Assembly (NCBI GenBank): GCA_040954595.2 | Contig: CM082577.2 | Location: 17,119,903 to 17,183,902, forward strand | Source of the DNA: Balanoglossus misakiensis | Lineage: Eukaryota > Animalia > Hemichordata | Direction: 5' to 3' | DNA length: 64,000 bases | Part shown: in pieces, positions 13,760 through 28,200 of the stretch | Layout: each line of letters begins with the position of its first letter | Position numbering within the stretch: the stretch's first letter is position 1 | The notes under the pieces: model-generated | Database searches by the model: none | Seen by the model: only the letters and a program-made list of their open reading frames with translations | What the model was told of the DNA's origin: nothing | Made by a program: the position numbers and the translations under genes

Positions 13760-15146
13760 AACGACACGCCCAAAACCTGTCGAACGCGAATTACTAACCC
13801 GGGAACTAACGCCCCAGGTCCTGGAATGTACCATCAGCGTGGGGATGAACCTCTACCATGAGGGATCGGTAGTTCATTCACAATTTTTAAGGCCAATAAA
13901 ACATACATTTAACATTGACTTATGTAAATTTTAATCATCCATTACCTGCACCTTTCTATAAAGTAAACTCATACATGCTTGTAAAATATTTTCGTAGCAT
14001 GCGTATACTTTTTAAATAGTATCCGCAATATCTCATATAACACATTAACCATAAGTCCGACATTAAAACCTAAAACAACTATTGTTCTTTCGGTGATTTT
14101 CTTTCTCTGTTAAAATCAGTTGTTTATGTCCATATTGAGTCATAGTTGATTTTGCTTTTCGCTCTCTTGAGAATGCTCGAAGGAACTATCTTATAATAAA
14201 ATGATGTAAAATTGCAGTCGTTGTCGAGAACATTTAATTTGATTCAGAATGTATTAAACTATAACTATACAAAGAAATCACGGTGAAAGATGTTGAGATT
14301 TACCATTATGAAGTAATTACGTTTAATTTAACTTTTTAATTCATTGGCGAATTATCAATGATCTACCGTAAGATTTCGTCAGTCGGACTCGATACTGCAA
14401 CGGTGCTATCGATTGATCGCACTAAGTGCATCAATATTGAAGTTGATTAAATCGTTGCTGTAGAACAATTATCGTCTATTTGTTTTCGTAAAAATGAGGA
14501 ATTGGGCTTTCTTTTATTACAATATATATTTCTGGCTTGTGTATACTAATAGTAAATGATATCGAACGCCTGTTTTTTTCAGAGAGGCAAGAACAAAAAC
14601 AAAATTTTTACACTAACTAATGTGTAACCCAAAGAGAAATGTTTTATTTCGAGAATACTTAACATCATACTTGAACGTACTTTATTTCATATCCAATTGA
14701 AATCACTTGTGATCAACTTATCAGTTCTGCCGGGAATTCCATCATAGACTTTGACTGGCTCCAGCTCCTGCCTCACACAGCATGCAGCATGACCCACTGG
14801 CACGCATAGAAAGCATGATTCACAGCATAAAAAACATGCGCATGCGACAACAAATTCACCCTCGACGGCAAGTTGTACCACGGGTACGGGCGTCATGGAA
14901 CAATAAAATATTTCGTGTTTTTGTGTGTGTGAAGAACCACACTCACGAACGGCCTACCGGCTTCTCCGTGACGTTTTCATCAGGAGAATATCCCCCTTTT
15001 TCCTGGTCAAACGCTAGTCTTGCTCCAAGACTGTGTGATACTGAAAATAAAATGCGCGTCCGCGTTACGTATATATAGAACGTCCTGTGGACGCGACGCT
15101 AATCACACAGTCTTGCCTATTCTGTAAACGCCCTCAAGGGGGTTAA

Positions 15147-15331
15147 AGGTATACGGTCACCTATGGAAAATTGTCTATAGTTACCATGGCAAATTGCGAT
15201 CTAGCCAATCACAGATTTTCAGTGGGTGGCACACGCGAAAAAAAGAGCGCCACCATATGTTCTTTAGAACGCTAAAATACTCCATCTCGGCCATATATGG
15301 GCGTATGTAAATTGGAGGTGACTGTATACCT
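15147..15331. mobile_element. Kolobok-like MITE (TTAA target)
   Basis: TIRs AGGTATACGGTCACCT / AGGTGACTGTATACCT. TTAA at 15143-15146 and 15332-15335. Purine-purine termini fit Kolobok rather than piggyBac. Confidence 0.8.
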
Positions 15332-15349
15332 TTAAGTCAATGCAAGTGG

Positions 15350-15660
15350 TAGTCTAGACTCTATGGCAGTCGCTGTGCCTGTCGATAAGGAATGGAACTT
15401 TCGTACGACGCGCCGCCAGTGGTAGTCTTGCTCCAAGACTTTGTGATACTGAAAATGAAATGCGCGTCTGCATTACGTATAGAACGTCCTGTGGACGCGA
15501 CGCTAATCACACACATGATGTTCTACATGCAAATTAACGCCGCTCATGAATATTCATATCAAATATATGTGTGCAGAAACGTACAGTCGCTTTGCCTGGC
15601 GGCGCGTCGTACGAAAGTTCCATTCCTTATCGACAGGCACAGCGACTGCCATAGAGTCTA
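15350..15660. mobile_element. MITE with TAG..CTA ends, ~65-bp TIRs and a 9-10 bp TSD (AcademH-like)
   Basis: TAGACTCTATGGCAGTCGCTGTGCCTGTCGATAAGG... is inverted at 15596-15660. TGCAAGTGG(T) is duplicated at 15341 and 15661. A partial extra end lies at ~15750-15797. Confidence 0.75.
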
Positions 15661-15847
15661 TGCAAGTGGTTTTACCAGATTTTGGTAAGTAGCGGAGAAC
15701 ATTCGAACCTCATATATCCGTTAATCAAATTAGTGTACGCGTCCACATGAAAGTTCCATTCTTTATCGACAGGCACAGCGACTGCCATACAATCTAAACC
15801 AAACGCATGCGAACGAACGCAGTTATTCTCGCGTTGAACTTCGAACA

Positions 15848-16270
15848 CGGAAGTGCTTCAAGTGTATGACGTCATGGCGCAATCTACAACTGCATGCGCG
15901 CACGCGCCCGAAGCAGACGACATCTGTCCTGTCCATTGCTAGCCAGGACACAGGAGCACTCGTCTGGGGACGCGCGTTACCAAAAAGGGGGGACGGGCAC
16001 TTTATTCTACGGAGTGCCATTGGAAGGTAGTCAATAATATTCAGTTTTGTTTACAATTTGTCTTGAGAAGTGTTGGATTAATCACGAATAAAAAAAGGAA
16101 AAAACGCGAAAAATGCACGCAACAAATCCCAATGATGCAAAACCATTGCGAATCTGGCAGACCGGAAGTGCGAGGTTCGATCGCCGGGTCTGTTATCATG
16201 TGTATGAATCTATGCGTGAAGTCAGCTCAGCTCCTCCCAGTCATAGTGGACGTTTTTCAGGTGCGTAAGT
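15848..16270 (+). promoter_or_regulatory. Candidate CpG-rich housekeeping-type promoter and first non-coding exon
   Basis: CGGAAGTG (15848), TGACGTCA (15867), ACCGGAAGTG (16161) and a GTAAGT donor (16265). An NRF1-like TGCGCATGCG lies upstream at 14837. Motif-level evidence only. Confidence 0.4.
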
Positions 16271-16867
16271 GTTATATTTTCTAGCATTTTTTTGCATGAA
16301 AATGGTATGTCTTACATATACCTTTCAGGGCGAAATTTGCGACATCACTAAACGCCATGTTAAGTCGGATGCAAAATCGAACAGGACAGATGACACTTTT
16401 CGATTGATAATTTCTCGAATGTTTGACCAACTTTTTAAAATTGAAAATCCAAACGTTAGGTTTCTCTGTCATCTAAAACGCACTTCTCATTCTATTTTCA
16501 TTTGTCGCCGCCCGAAAAAAGATGATTTTTGAGATGCTGACATAGAACTTAGAAGCCAGTGTTGGAAAATTGACGATGCAAAGGTAAGTTTGCAAATGTT
16601 CTTCGATTCTGTAGATACCTCTACAAATATTGATATTACTGTAGTAGTATGTCAAATCACTTATATCCGACCTGAGAAAACAATATAGAAGATTACACAC
16701 TTTTTCTCTGGGTTCCATGTTTGCACCAAATCGTCTCAATCATTAATAGGGACCCAAGCGCCCTCAGGCGATTGCTTGGGTTTTTCTTCTTTCTTCTTGA
16801 GTCGTTTTTTGTTCACCTATATCTATACCGCTGCGGCTGCGCTTCTGAAACTTGGCATGGTGGTCGG

Positions 16868-17509
16868 TGTAGCTGCATAGAGATCGACTTTTGAAGTTTT
16901 GTGAGCAATAGCGCCCACTAGAGTTTTTGTAGTTTTGTTGTTGGAATCTGATTTCCCATGATTCAGCGGCAGCCATCTTTTTTTCTATTTTCCTTTAACT
17001 TATATGCATCAAACGGAGGTGAAAATCGTCATCATTTCTTAGCGTACCAACTGATAGGCCCACGACGTAACACATTTTCACAGTTTGTATTTTGTGAGTT
17101 TACATATGAGACGTACACGCGTTCAGAGCCGATATAGAGTTTTTATTCCATCGTTTATGTCATGATGCGGAGAGCATTGCGCAATCGATGCCATTTTGGA
17201 CTATAGTGATGTTCAGCCTATACACGGACATATGTTTGTTTGTTGCACTTTGAGCGCTATCGCAGTGAAAGGACATTATGAACAGTCGTTGGCTGTATGC
17301 CTTGAACTATATTTCGCGTTCATACATCAGCTTTGTTTGCTGACGTTTTGCAGTTTTGCTTATTTTTATGTTCACCAGATCTTACGGTGTAGGTGTATAC
17401 CCATATCAGTGTTGGCGTGTATGTGTTAACGATAGAGAGCCACATTAAAGAGATATGCCACATCAGTCAAGAACGTGTCCGCCTAAATAAATTGGTTGGT
17501 GCTGCTACA
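16868..17509 (+). repeat. 5' LTR (642 bp)
   Basis: TGTAGCTGC...GCTGCTACA. About 11 substitutions and 2 small indels versus the 3' LTR by eye. Confidence 0.95.
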
Positions 17510-17674
17510 GTAAGATCTCTACCTTGAGAGGCGACGTATAGAAAGATCTCCACCCTTCGGAGGCAACATATAGAAAGACACAGAGAAAGAAAACAACCTC
17601 CTAAGGTGATGTAAACAAAGATCTCCATCTTCCAAAGAAATGCACAGAGAACCAGAGACATTGTATACAGAGAG

Positions 17675-20600
17675 TTGGTGAAGAAAACAAACAAACATAC
17701 AGAGAGAGAGAGAGCTTCACCAACAACAACACAGTATACAAAGAAAGAAAGTCAACACACAACAGTGAGTTCATCATGGAGAACATTACTGGTTCACATC
17801 ACTGAAAGTATGCATGCAAATATGGAGACAAAGGAAAGAATCTCATGCTTAGAACAGAAAATAGAAGAGCTACAAGACACATTGGAAGTGGAAACTAGCC
17901 AAACTGAAAGAGACAAAATACTGAGATGCATGTTAGAGTTACAAGATGAAATTTTAGAGCTGAGCAAGTCAGTAGAGATCAGCAAAGAGCCACGCAGAAG
18001 TGAAAGAAGTCGTAAACCCACAGAGATAATGACTGAATTCCAGGAAACAGAGAGAGTGAAGAAAGAGAAACGAATGACAAAGATCTTCACTCAAAATTAC
18101 CAAACCTGGAAATTAGTCACAAAGTCTGTTCGTGCAAGTCTACGGGAATATTGCACCGAGGACACACTTGATAGTCTGAACAGATCAATGAACCAAAACC
18201 GAGATGAAGTTATTAAAGCATATGAAGCCCTGCGTGAAGTTTGTCTCCCAGATCAAGAAATGCGGCGACAGACAGACACTTGCACTGCCATCACACGGCA
18301 ACTACTCCAAATGATTATAAAAAAAAAGAAAGAATGCAACTGAAGAGAATTACGAACAGCAACTAAACGACATGTTGCAGCACGACGTCAATGGATCAAT
18401 ATTCAGTACAAAATTATCGAGTTCATCGTACACATCACTGTCTTCAGTAGAGAAACGAGCAGAGGCAGTTGCTGAAATCGCAGCACAAGAATTAGAACTG
18501 GAAATGACAAAGACCAAAGATGTTAAACAGGCAGAGCTAGAGGAACTTGAACGTCAAAGAGAACATTTGCGTTACAAGCAAGAGCAAATGAAAAGAGAAA
18601 TGCAACGCATAGAGAAAGAGAAGAATTTAGAGAAAGCCAGAGCAAAGTTCAGAGTGTATGACCAGGTATGTCAGGATGTCTACGGAGATGACAACAATGA
18701 AAACGTTTTGACAAAGAATCGTCCTGGCCAAACAACGAATGACAACATAGGACATACTAGTACACACAGTATGGATACATCCGCCATAGCCAGTATTTTA
18801 CAGAACAGCCTGATGGTCAGTAGGTTGCCACTACCAGAGCCGCCTTTGTTCACTGGCGACCCCCTGCAGTACATCGAATGGAAAATCAGCTTTAAGAGTC
18901 TTATAGAGAGCAGAGGTATTGCAGCAGCTGAAAGAATGTACTATTTGAAGAGATATGTGAGTGGCGCAGCACGGAAAGCAGTAGAAGGATTTTTCTACAG
19001 CAGTTCTGAAGAATCATACACAGCGGCATGGAACTTGCTGGAAGAGAGATACGGACACACTTTCAAGGTTCAAAAGGCCTTCAGAGATAAACTTTCCAAA
19101 TGGCCGAAAATTAGTCCCAAGGATTCAGCTGGTCTCCAAGAGTTTGCAGATTACCTTAGAGCTTGCAAAGATGCAATCCCACATGTACCAGGACTGAAGA
19201 TTTTGAATGACTGTGAGGAAAATCAGCGGTTGTTGATGAAACTGCCAGATTGGGTTGCTTCACGTTGGAATCGCAAGGTGACACAAATGTTGGACAGCAC
19301 AGCAGAGTATCCAGGTTTTGAAAGCTTTGTTGAGTTTGTAGCGAAGGAAGCACGTATCGCCTGCAATCCAATTTCATCATTGTATGCCATGAAGGAATCA
19401 GGTTTCGCTGACAACACAAGAGAACCTAACGACAAGGGAAGAAAGGTCAGTAGAAACAAAGGCACCACATTCACGACAGAGTCCAGAGAAGTCAAGAAAG
19501 AAAGGTCTGATGTCAAACAAACATTTGACTCTAAGACATACATCCCGAAACCATGCACGTTTTGTCATAGTGCAGATCATCAACTCAGCTCCTGTTCTGA
19601 ATTCAAGAAAGGATCGCTAGAAGAAAAGAGGAAGTACATACAGGATAACAGAATATGTTTCAGTTGTCTCAAGAGAGGACATAATGCACGAGATTGCCGA
19701 CGGAAATCAATATGCGATAGGTGTAAAGGGAGACACCCAACCACACTTCACGATGACTCGAAAGACAGAAAACCTCCCAACGAAACGAAGGACACTACCG
19801 AGGTCTCAGCAGTAGCACACAAGACTCAGTTGGGAGATGGTAAAGGTACTTCAATAATAGTTCCAGTGTGGGTGTCTTCGAAAGAGTCTCCGTCAAAGGA
19901 AGTCCTCACATATGCACTGTTGGACACACAAAGCGACTCAACATTCATCCTAGAAGATATAGCAAAGACAGTCTCTGATGAATGTCAACCAGTTCGACTG
20001 AAACTCTCAACGATGTCTTCAGCATCATCCATCGTGGACTGCAAAGTTGTCCCAAACCTGCGTGTCAGAGGAAAGTCTTCACACACCTACGTAGACATTC
20101 GACAAGCATATACCAGAGACTTCATTCCTGTCGATAGATCACACATCCCTACATCAGACACAGCAAAGAGATGGTCTCATCTGCAGAGTATAGTTCATGA
20201 GCTCGCCCCCTGCAAGGTTGCGAAGTAGGTTTGCTCATCGGCTACAATTGCCCACAAGCACTAGCACCAAGAGAGACTATAATTGGAGGAAGTAATGAAC
20301 CTTATGCTGTCAAAACAGACCTGGGATGGAGTATTGTTGGGTATGAAGATCCAGTCCTACACAACAATACACACTTCTGCAATCGTGTCTCTGTGAAAGA
20401 GATTCCCTTCATATCTCCCAAGCAAGTCATAGATGCATTAGAGTCCGACTTCTCAGAAAGGAGCCATGGAGAGAAAGCCATTTCACAGGAGGACATCCAA
20501 TTCCTCAACATTCTAGAGACTGGCATACAACAAACAGAGGATGGTCACTACAGTATGCCACTTCCCTTCAAATCAAGAAAACCATCACTACCGAACAACC

Positions 20601-23600
20601 GAAGAGCAGCAGAGATACGCCTGCAACATTTGAAGAAGAGATTCAACAGTGATCCAAAGTATTATTCCGACTATAAGAGATTCATGGAAGAAGTCCTAGA
20701 GAGAGGTGACGCAGAGAGAGCAGACACCCAAGACAGAGATGAAACAGTCTGGTACATACCGCACCATGGTGTGTATCATCCCCACAAACCAGAGAAAATA
20801 CGGGTGGTTTTCGATTGCTCCGCGCGCCATGGTGGAACTTCCCTGAATGATCATCTACTCACTGGACTGGACTTGATAAACAGTTTGGTTGGTGTATTAT
20901 GCAGGTTCAGGAAACACCCTATAGCAGTAGCATGCGACATAGAGAAGATGTTTCATCAGTTCCTCGTACACGAAGCAGATAGAGATTACCTAAGGTTCCT
21001 ATGGTGGGAGAACGGCGATGTCAACACAGAACCCCAGGAATATCGCATGAAAGTACACCTGTTCGGAGCCGCATCATCTCCCGGATGTGCAAATTACGGT
21101 CTGAAGCATCTTGCAAATGAAAACAAGACATAGTTTCCCCTAGCAGCGAGTTTCCTGCAAGAGAACTTCTATGTAGACGATGGCCTCACCAGTACTGACT
21201 CTACAGATGAAGCAAAAAGAGTGATAGAAGAAGCACAGAGTGTGTGCGCCAGAGGAGGATTACATCTCCACAAGTTTATTTCGAATAGCAGAGAAGTAAT
21301 GGACGCCATCCCTGTTGGTGAAAGAGCCAGTGGTGTAAAGGATGTAGATTTGAGTCTTGACAGTCTACCAGTAGAGAGAGTACTAGGGATCCAGTGGTGC
21401 GTAGAAACAGACATGTTCAAATTCAACATAGAGGCCAAGGATCAACCCCCAACACGTCGTGGAATCCTGTCTACAGTAGCCACAATCTACGATCCGCTCG
21501 GCTTCCTCGCTCCATTCATCCTAATTGGCAAGAGAATTCTCCAAGATATGTGTCAGAAGAATATCAGCTGGGATGAGCCATTACTCGAACACTTACATCC
21601 AGTGTGGAACAAGTGGAAGGCAGATTTTGAGAATTTGAGAGAAATTCACATTCCAAGGAGCTATATCCCTCCCGACTTTAGAACGGTCCTGAAAACGGAA
21701 CTACACCACTTTTCAGATGCGAGCAGTAGCGGGTACGGACAGTGTTCTTACCTTCGGCTCATCGGTCACAACCAAGTACACTGCTCATTAGTTGTCGGCA
21801 AGGCCAGAGTCGCTCCAATCAAGATAGTCACTATTCCACGCCTGGAGCTGACTGCAGCAGTAGTGTCTGCAAACATAAGCAGTAAACTAAAAGAAGAGTT
21901 AAACATCAATATTGACGAGGAGTACTTCTGGACAGACTCACAGGTGGTGTTGAGATACATCATTCCATGTATTCGTAGCCAATAGAATCCAGAGAATCAG
22001 ACAAGTTTTCGAGCCAAGTCAGTGGCATTACATTCCCACTGGACTGAATCCAACAGACCACACGTCGAGAGGAGTCTTTGCATCCGAGTTGCAAAACTCA
22101 AACTGGTTCAAGGGACCTGATTTTCTATGTAAGAGAGAGTTGGAATTGGTAGAGGAACCAGCCTACGAATTGAATATCGGAGACCCAGAGGTGAAGAATG
22201 TGACAACTCTCACAACTTCTATGCAAAGGAAACCGTTCAACATAGAGAACCGCATGTCCCGTTTCTCCGCATGGTCAAAAGCAGTTGGAGCAGTATCGCG
22301 TATCAGAAGAGTATTGAGAAACAGAAAGGGTAGCAATGCTCCATCCAACCTACAAGAGAGAGAGGAAACAGAAAGATTTATCGTCAAAGCAATCCAAGGT
22401 CAAGCATTTGGTGAAGAAATCATGGCACTAAAGAAGTCATCCAAAGTGAACAGAAACAGTACCGTCTACAGTCTCAACCCATTCCTTGATGACACTGGTG
22501 TTTTGAGAGTTGGAGGCCGCTTGAAGAATATCAAGACTCCAGATACAGTCAAACACCCAGCCATTCTGCCTAGAGACAGCCATGTCACAAGATTGATCAT
22601 TTCCCACTATCACAGTAAAGTTCAGCACCAAGGAAGGGGAATGACACTCAACAGTATTCGAGCCAATGGTTATTGGATCGTTAGAGGAATAAAGGTCGTA
22701 TCCTCTCACATTCACAAATGCATTACATGCTGTCGACTTCGCCGCCCAGTTGAAGAGCAGAAAATAGCAAAACTTCCAGAAGATAGAGTGGAACCGGCAC
22801 CCCCCTTCACCTACAGTGGTATGGACTGCTTCGGTCCCTTCATAGTGAAAGATGGAAGGAAGCAACAGAAGAAGTATGGTCTTCTATTCACATGTATGTG
22901 TTCAAGGGCCATCCACATCGAGATGCTTGACGACATGTCCACAGATTGCTTTATCAACAGCCTGCGATGTTTCATTGCTATACGAGGTTGTGTACGACAG
23001 CTACGGTCGGATCAGGGAAGCAACTTCGTGGGAGCGAAGAACGAATTTCAAGAAGCCCAAAGAGAATTGGATGTAGAAAGAGTCCAAGTATATCTTACAG
23101 AGCAACAGTGTGAGTTCATCATGAACTCCCCCCATGCCAGTCATGCAGGTGGTGTATGGGAACGACAAATTAGAACAGTCAGAAGTGTTTTGTCTTCACT
23201 TCTACAGCAGTCTTCAGGACGTCTAGACTCGGCATCGCTACGTACATTCCTGTATGAAGTCATGGCCATTGTAAACAGTCGTCCACTCACAGCAGAGACC
23301 CTCAGTGACCCTATGAGTCCAGAACCTCTTACTCCAAATCATATACTCACCATGAAGTCCTCATCAGCTTTGCCACCCCCTGGTAAATTTGTAAAGGAAG
23401 ACATGTACATCAGAAAGCGCTGGAGGAGAGTGCAGTATCTGGCAGAACAGTTTTGGGGCAGATGGAAGCATGAATACCTGAATACCATCATGAAACGCCA
23501 GAAGTGGAACACACCCAAGAGAAATGTAAAGGTGGGAGATGTCGTCCTAGTAGCTGATGATCAACTCCATCGTATGGAATGGCCACTGGGCATAGTAACG

Positions 23601-23750
23601 AAGACTATAGAGAGTGATGATTGCCTGGTGAGGAGAGCTATGATTCAACTTGGTACGAAGAGACTTGACAAGAAGGGCAGACGAGAGAACAAGCCGTCAC
23701 TTTTGGAGAGACCAGTCCAGAAACTGATTGTTTTGCTTGAACGAGAGTGA
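17675..23750 (+). pseudogene. BEL/Pao gag-pol polyprotein, disrupted
   Basis: Gag Cys/His knuckles (CTFCHSADHQLSSC, CFSCLKRGHNARDC, CDRCKGRHPTTLH), protease ALLDTQS, RT CDIEKMF and FYVDD, RNase H HHFSDAS and IPRLEL, integrase DCFGP/SDQGSNF/GVWERQI. Frameshifts near 18320, 20210, 21960 and 22080; in-frame TAG at 21131. Confidence 0.95.
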
Positions 23751-23825
23751 AGATATGAACTAGTTGTAGTCGATCATTATGCTTGAACTTTTAAATTTCT
23801 TATGGCATAAGTAATTTGGTGGGAG

Positions 23826-24464
23826 TGTAGCTGCATAGAGATCGACTTTTGAAGTTTTGTGAGCAATAGCGCCCACTATAGTTCTTGTAGTTTTGTTGTT
23901 GGAATCTGATTTCCCATGATTCAGCGGCAGCCATCTTTTTTCTATTTTCCTTTAATTTATATGCATCAAACAGAGATGAAAATCGTCATCATTTCTTAGC
24001 GTACCAACTGATAGGCCCACGAGGTAACACATTTTCACAGTTTGTATTTTGTGAGTTTACATATGAGACGTACACGCGTTCAGAGCCGATATAGTTTTTA
24101 TTCCATCGTTTATGTCATGATGCGGAGAGCATTGCGCAATCGATGCCATTTTGGACTATAGTAATGTTCAGCCTATACACGGACATATGTTTGTTTGTTG
24201 CACTTTGAGCGCTATCGCAGTGAAAGGACATTATGAACAGTCGTTGGCTGTATGCCTTGAACTATATTTCGCGTTCATACGTCAGCTCTGTTTGCTGACG
24301 TTTTGCAGTTTTGCTTATTTTTATTTTCACCAGATCTTACGGTGTAGGTGTATACCCATATCAGTGTTGGCGTGTGTGTGTTAACGATAGAGAGCCACAT
24401 TAAAGAGATATGCCACATCAGTCAAGAACGTGTCCGCCTAAATAAATTGGTTGGTGCTGCTACA
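23826..24464 (+). repeat. 3' LTR (639 bp)
   Basis: Direct repeat of 16868-17509. Confidence 0.95.
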
Positions 24465-25280
24465 GTCGGGGCCAATGAGTACTCATGCATCTGACCTTTG
24501 AATTTTTAATTAATCACGTGACCTGCTGGCTGTATTCAATCGAAATTTTCAAATTGACCTAATTTGCATATGAATGGCAGCATTTAAACTATTTTCTCTA
24601 ACTTTGTAGACCATACTCTATGCCAAATGTCAAGGTCCTAAGCCATGTAGATTTTGAGAAGAAGATTTTTCCCATATTTTGTATGGTCTTTGGACAAATC
24701 TATTTCGTATGATCACCTGGAATGTTTGAAAATATGCCAAATATCTCAAAATCTTCTCAGCCGAACAACGTCAAATTTGGTGTGCAGCTAGCCAACCTTC
24801 TGACAATCGTTTCTAGCAGAAAAAAATAATATGAAAATTGACTGATTTTTTTATATAAATTTTTCTATGAAATTTTTACCTACACTTATACCTCCTATAG
24901 TAAGGCTATATCCACATCTTATTGTGAGATTCTGGAATGTGCAATGGTCTTGGACAATTACTATCTGTTGGCCAGTGAGCAGCTTGGAACAAAAATAAAA
25001 AGCCAAATTCGGGGGTTACCTGTGACACCTGCTTAACTCATTAATTATGTGCGTACCTAATTACAGGCTAACCAAAAGTGCTAGAAGTCTGGTTTTTGTT
25101 GCACATGGACCAATATGGAGTCAAAATTTTTATCCCAAATTTTGGGTGACCTCAGGTGACCTTTGACCAACTTTCCCATATCTCAGCATCCACAGCAGTT
25201 ACAGCATTGACATTTGATGCAATGGATTTGTCATAATTATCTCTATTTGCTTGGGTCTCTTCAATGCTGCTTGCAGCTTA

Positions 25281-28200
25281 TAGTCCATGGGCCAGAGACC
25301 GAAACCCTCCCCCCCCCCCCTGAGGAGTTTTGCAGACATACATTTTTGGAAAGCCTATTTATCCAGCTGTCAGAATCAGGTTGTTTGCACTCATATTAAT
25401 GGTGGGTGTGGCCGTGAGGAGCGGTTGTCATGGTAACGATAGCATAATTTTAGGGGTACTCATACAGTTAAAAAATGATATATTTCAGGATCTGAGAAAG
25501 CTAGAGAAAAAATTTAAACATTGGGTCTTATAAAGTAGGGGACGGGCTATCCAATGATTACATGACCGACAAGGTCAGAGGTCAAGTTCATCTTCAAAAC
25601 GCGGGGTCAAAGTAAAAATTTCGCTATTTTTTGCACATCGATCATACATAGTTTCGATTTACTCGAAAACGGTTTGCTCGAGGAGGCTGTAAATTGGTCA
25701 TCAGGTAGCATGGAACATTAGGTTTATGAAAAATAAGCTGATTCACGTCTTTGATATTAAGTTATATTAAAATTCTGTTACCATAACGACGGATAGCAGA
25801 TTTTGCGAAAATCACAAAAATAAGAATCCTGCTATATCTTTGCTACCAATTAAGCTTTAGATAAAATTTAAACACTCAAACTTATAATGTCGGGTGCGAT
25901 CTTTTCATTGCTAACTTGAACTTTGGGGTTCAAGGTCAAGGTCATCCTCAAATTTCGGTTCAAAATGACATTTAACGGCGAGCGTTTACTACACTGTTGG
26001 GATCTAGAATGCTATAATTTTGTATATTTTGATATTTTAAAAGATGGGGTCAAAATTCAATATCCCAACTCTAATTAGTGTTGCAGATCTCCCCAGAAAA
26101 AACGAACCCTCTGACTTGGCCATACAACATTTTGTGTCATACATCATTTTAAAGTTAAGTTCTGAGAGTTTGAAAATGCTTGATGACATTTTCAATTCCC
26201 ATGGCGAGCTGATGAATTCAAGATTTAGTAAAATTGGTATATTTCTTGAAATATGCGAACGTGCATTTGCAATTGCTATAAAGGGACATACATTATCAGC
26301 ATGCTTTTACTGTAAAAATACTATATTCAACTTATATTGTGGCCATTCTATGGTATTTCAGTTTAAATATGTACAAAGTTTTATCATATATAGCACATTC
26401 TTATCAAGATGATTTCTGTTGATATGACAAGTTGACGTAAGGAGTCATCTTGCCCCTCTATCAGACGCTGCAATTGCGTGTAGAACTAAGAACAATCCGC
26501 GTATCTGCTTCTTCACTGTATCTTTTGCGACAACAAAAGTGGTGAAGTTTGGTCCTCCACTTACAATTCATTTTGACCAATGTTGAGATCTACTTTTTTC
26601 ATAATGTGTAGCATTTTGCAAAATTTGCTTTGTTTTCAGACTAGTGGTAAGCAAGAATGCCGTACATTTTGTCGGAGCAACTAGATCAAGTATTATATGA
26701 TGTGCTGGTGCAACGCTCACATCACGTGTTTGGCCTTTGATCCTTTGATCCGTTTGGCATCATAATTATCAATGATCATGTGTATTTGCGAATTATCAAC
26801 AGGACCTAAAATTCGGCCTCTATTCTACATTATGTATTCCATAAATCCTATTGCTATATCGATAAAAGTGATTCTGTCTACAAGATTAGGACCAGACAGA
26901 GACTGAATGGTCATCATAAACTATGGCATCGGCAGCCTCAATGCTAGTCTATCTGTCTCCTGGAAATGAATTTTAAGTCCATCATCTGAAAACAAACAGA
27001 GAGGAACGTTGGAATTTTCAATGACTCCAATGAGTGGCATCATCTAACTTGTATTAACAGCAGGTAATCAAAGATAAACCGTCTTCTTCATTTTTGTCAT
27101 GTTTTTACATTGCCGCAAGTCATACTATGATAGAAGCACTTACACGGTTTGTCAGGTTCTTCTTGTATAATTATTTGCTCAGAAAAAAACCCCAGCCATA
27201 TCTTTTGATATAGTAATGTTGATAATTGCTTAAATGAGGGTCGGAAAGATCAAATGGGTCGACAAATGCTCCACCTTATAATTCTTAAAGCTTTGCCACA
27301 TCAGTATTCCATCTCTTAATGACTGCTTTTCCATATCGGATCTTATTTTGTTTACCAATACTGCATATTTATTTGTGAAATGTATCAGAGAACTTTGCAG
27401 TAATCGGTCCACCCAAAACCACTTTTCAAGTGCTAAACCTCTCATCTTTTATCCTATAACACCACCAGCACCCTTTAGTGAATCGTCAGATAAGTTTGCC
27501 ATGAAATCCCCTTCATTTAATGACTCTTGTACACTTTTGGGTATTCCATGCATCACCAGAATAAGTACTGACATGTATCTTGCATAGTCCGTTTCGATTG
27601 GCACAAAACAACAGAGGAAATAATAGCTGATTCTTAGCAGTTTGGCAAATATCTCAATCACCATTTCTTAATGCACTTACATTTCCACCGGTGGGTAGAG
27701 TTGTAATGGCAGCAATACTCTACACAAAGTCATACCAAAAGTTAAAAGTTACTCCTCTCTTGTCTAAACTCAGCCATAAGCGGGAAATGATGTTCAATGA
27801 TGTGTTCCACAAAATTGTGAACTATTTCCAAAAGTTCATTAGCAGGCTGGGAAGTCAAAAGATCACAATCCATCTCAGGCATTGACTGTGTTCCCTACCT
27901 TTACACCATGATAAAAAGTTGCAGAACCTAGCGCTGGACGTTTCATCAGCAAGATGGAGGCCATGCAATGACAAACAACCGGAAAACATTTCCACATGAG
28001 CAAACGTTTTTTTTAAAAAACGTAGCATTCATTTTGTATGATTATGAATGATTGTGATTTAAAAACATTGCTTTTGAGTATATAATGTGTCTTAAGTGCT
28101 TTACGCACAATTTCCAAAAAATCTCTGTGCCTAAAACACAGATATTCGATCGGTTTGTCTGGACTATTGCTACAGTGGCATCATGGGATAACGCATAAAT

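Larger units (their letters stand above)
16868..24464 (+). mobile_element. Full-length, mutated BEL/Pao LTR retrotransposon
   Basis: Two TG..CA LTRs, 5-bp TSD GTCGG (16863-16867 and 24465-24469), purine-rich GGTGGGAG before the 3' LTR, and gag-PR-RT-RNaseH-IN domain order. Confidence 0.97.
16743..25280 (+). mobile_element. Helentron-associated (HINE/DINE-1-like) non-autonomous element, ~0.94 kb, split by the BEL/Pao insertion
   Basis: 5' subterminal IR GGGACCCAAGC (16749) with a nearby partial inverse GCTTGGGT (16774) and a (TTC)n run. 3' GCTTGGGTC (25249) is followed by the hairpin GCTGCTTGCAGC (25266-25277). Confidence 0.55.
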
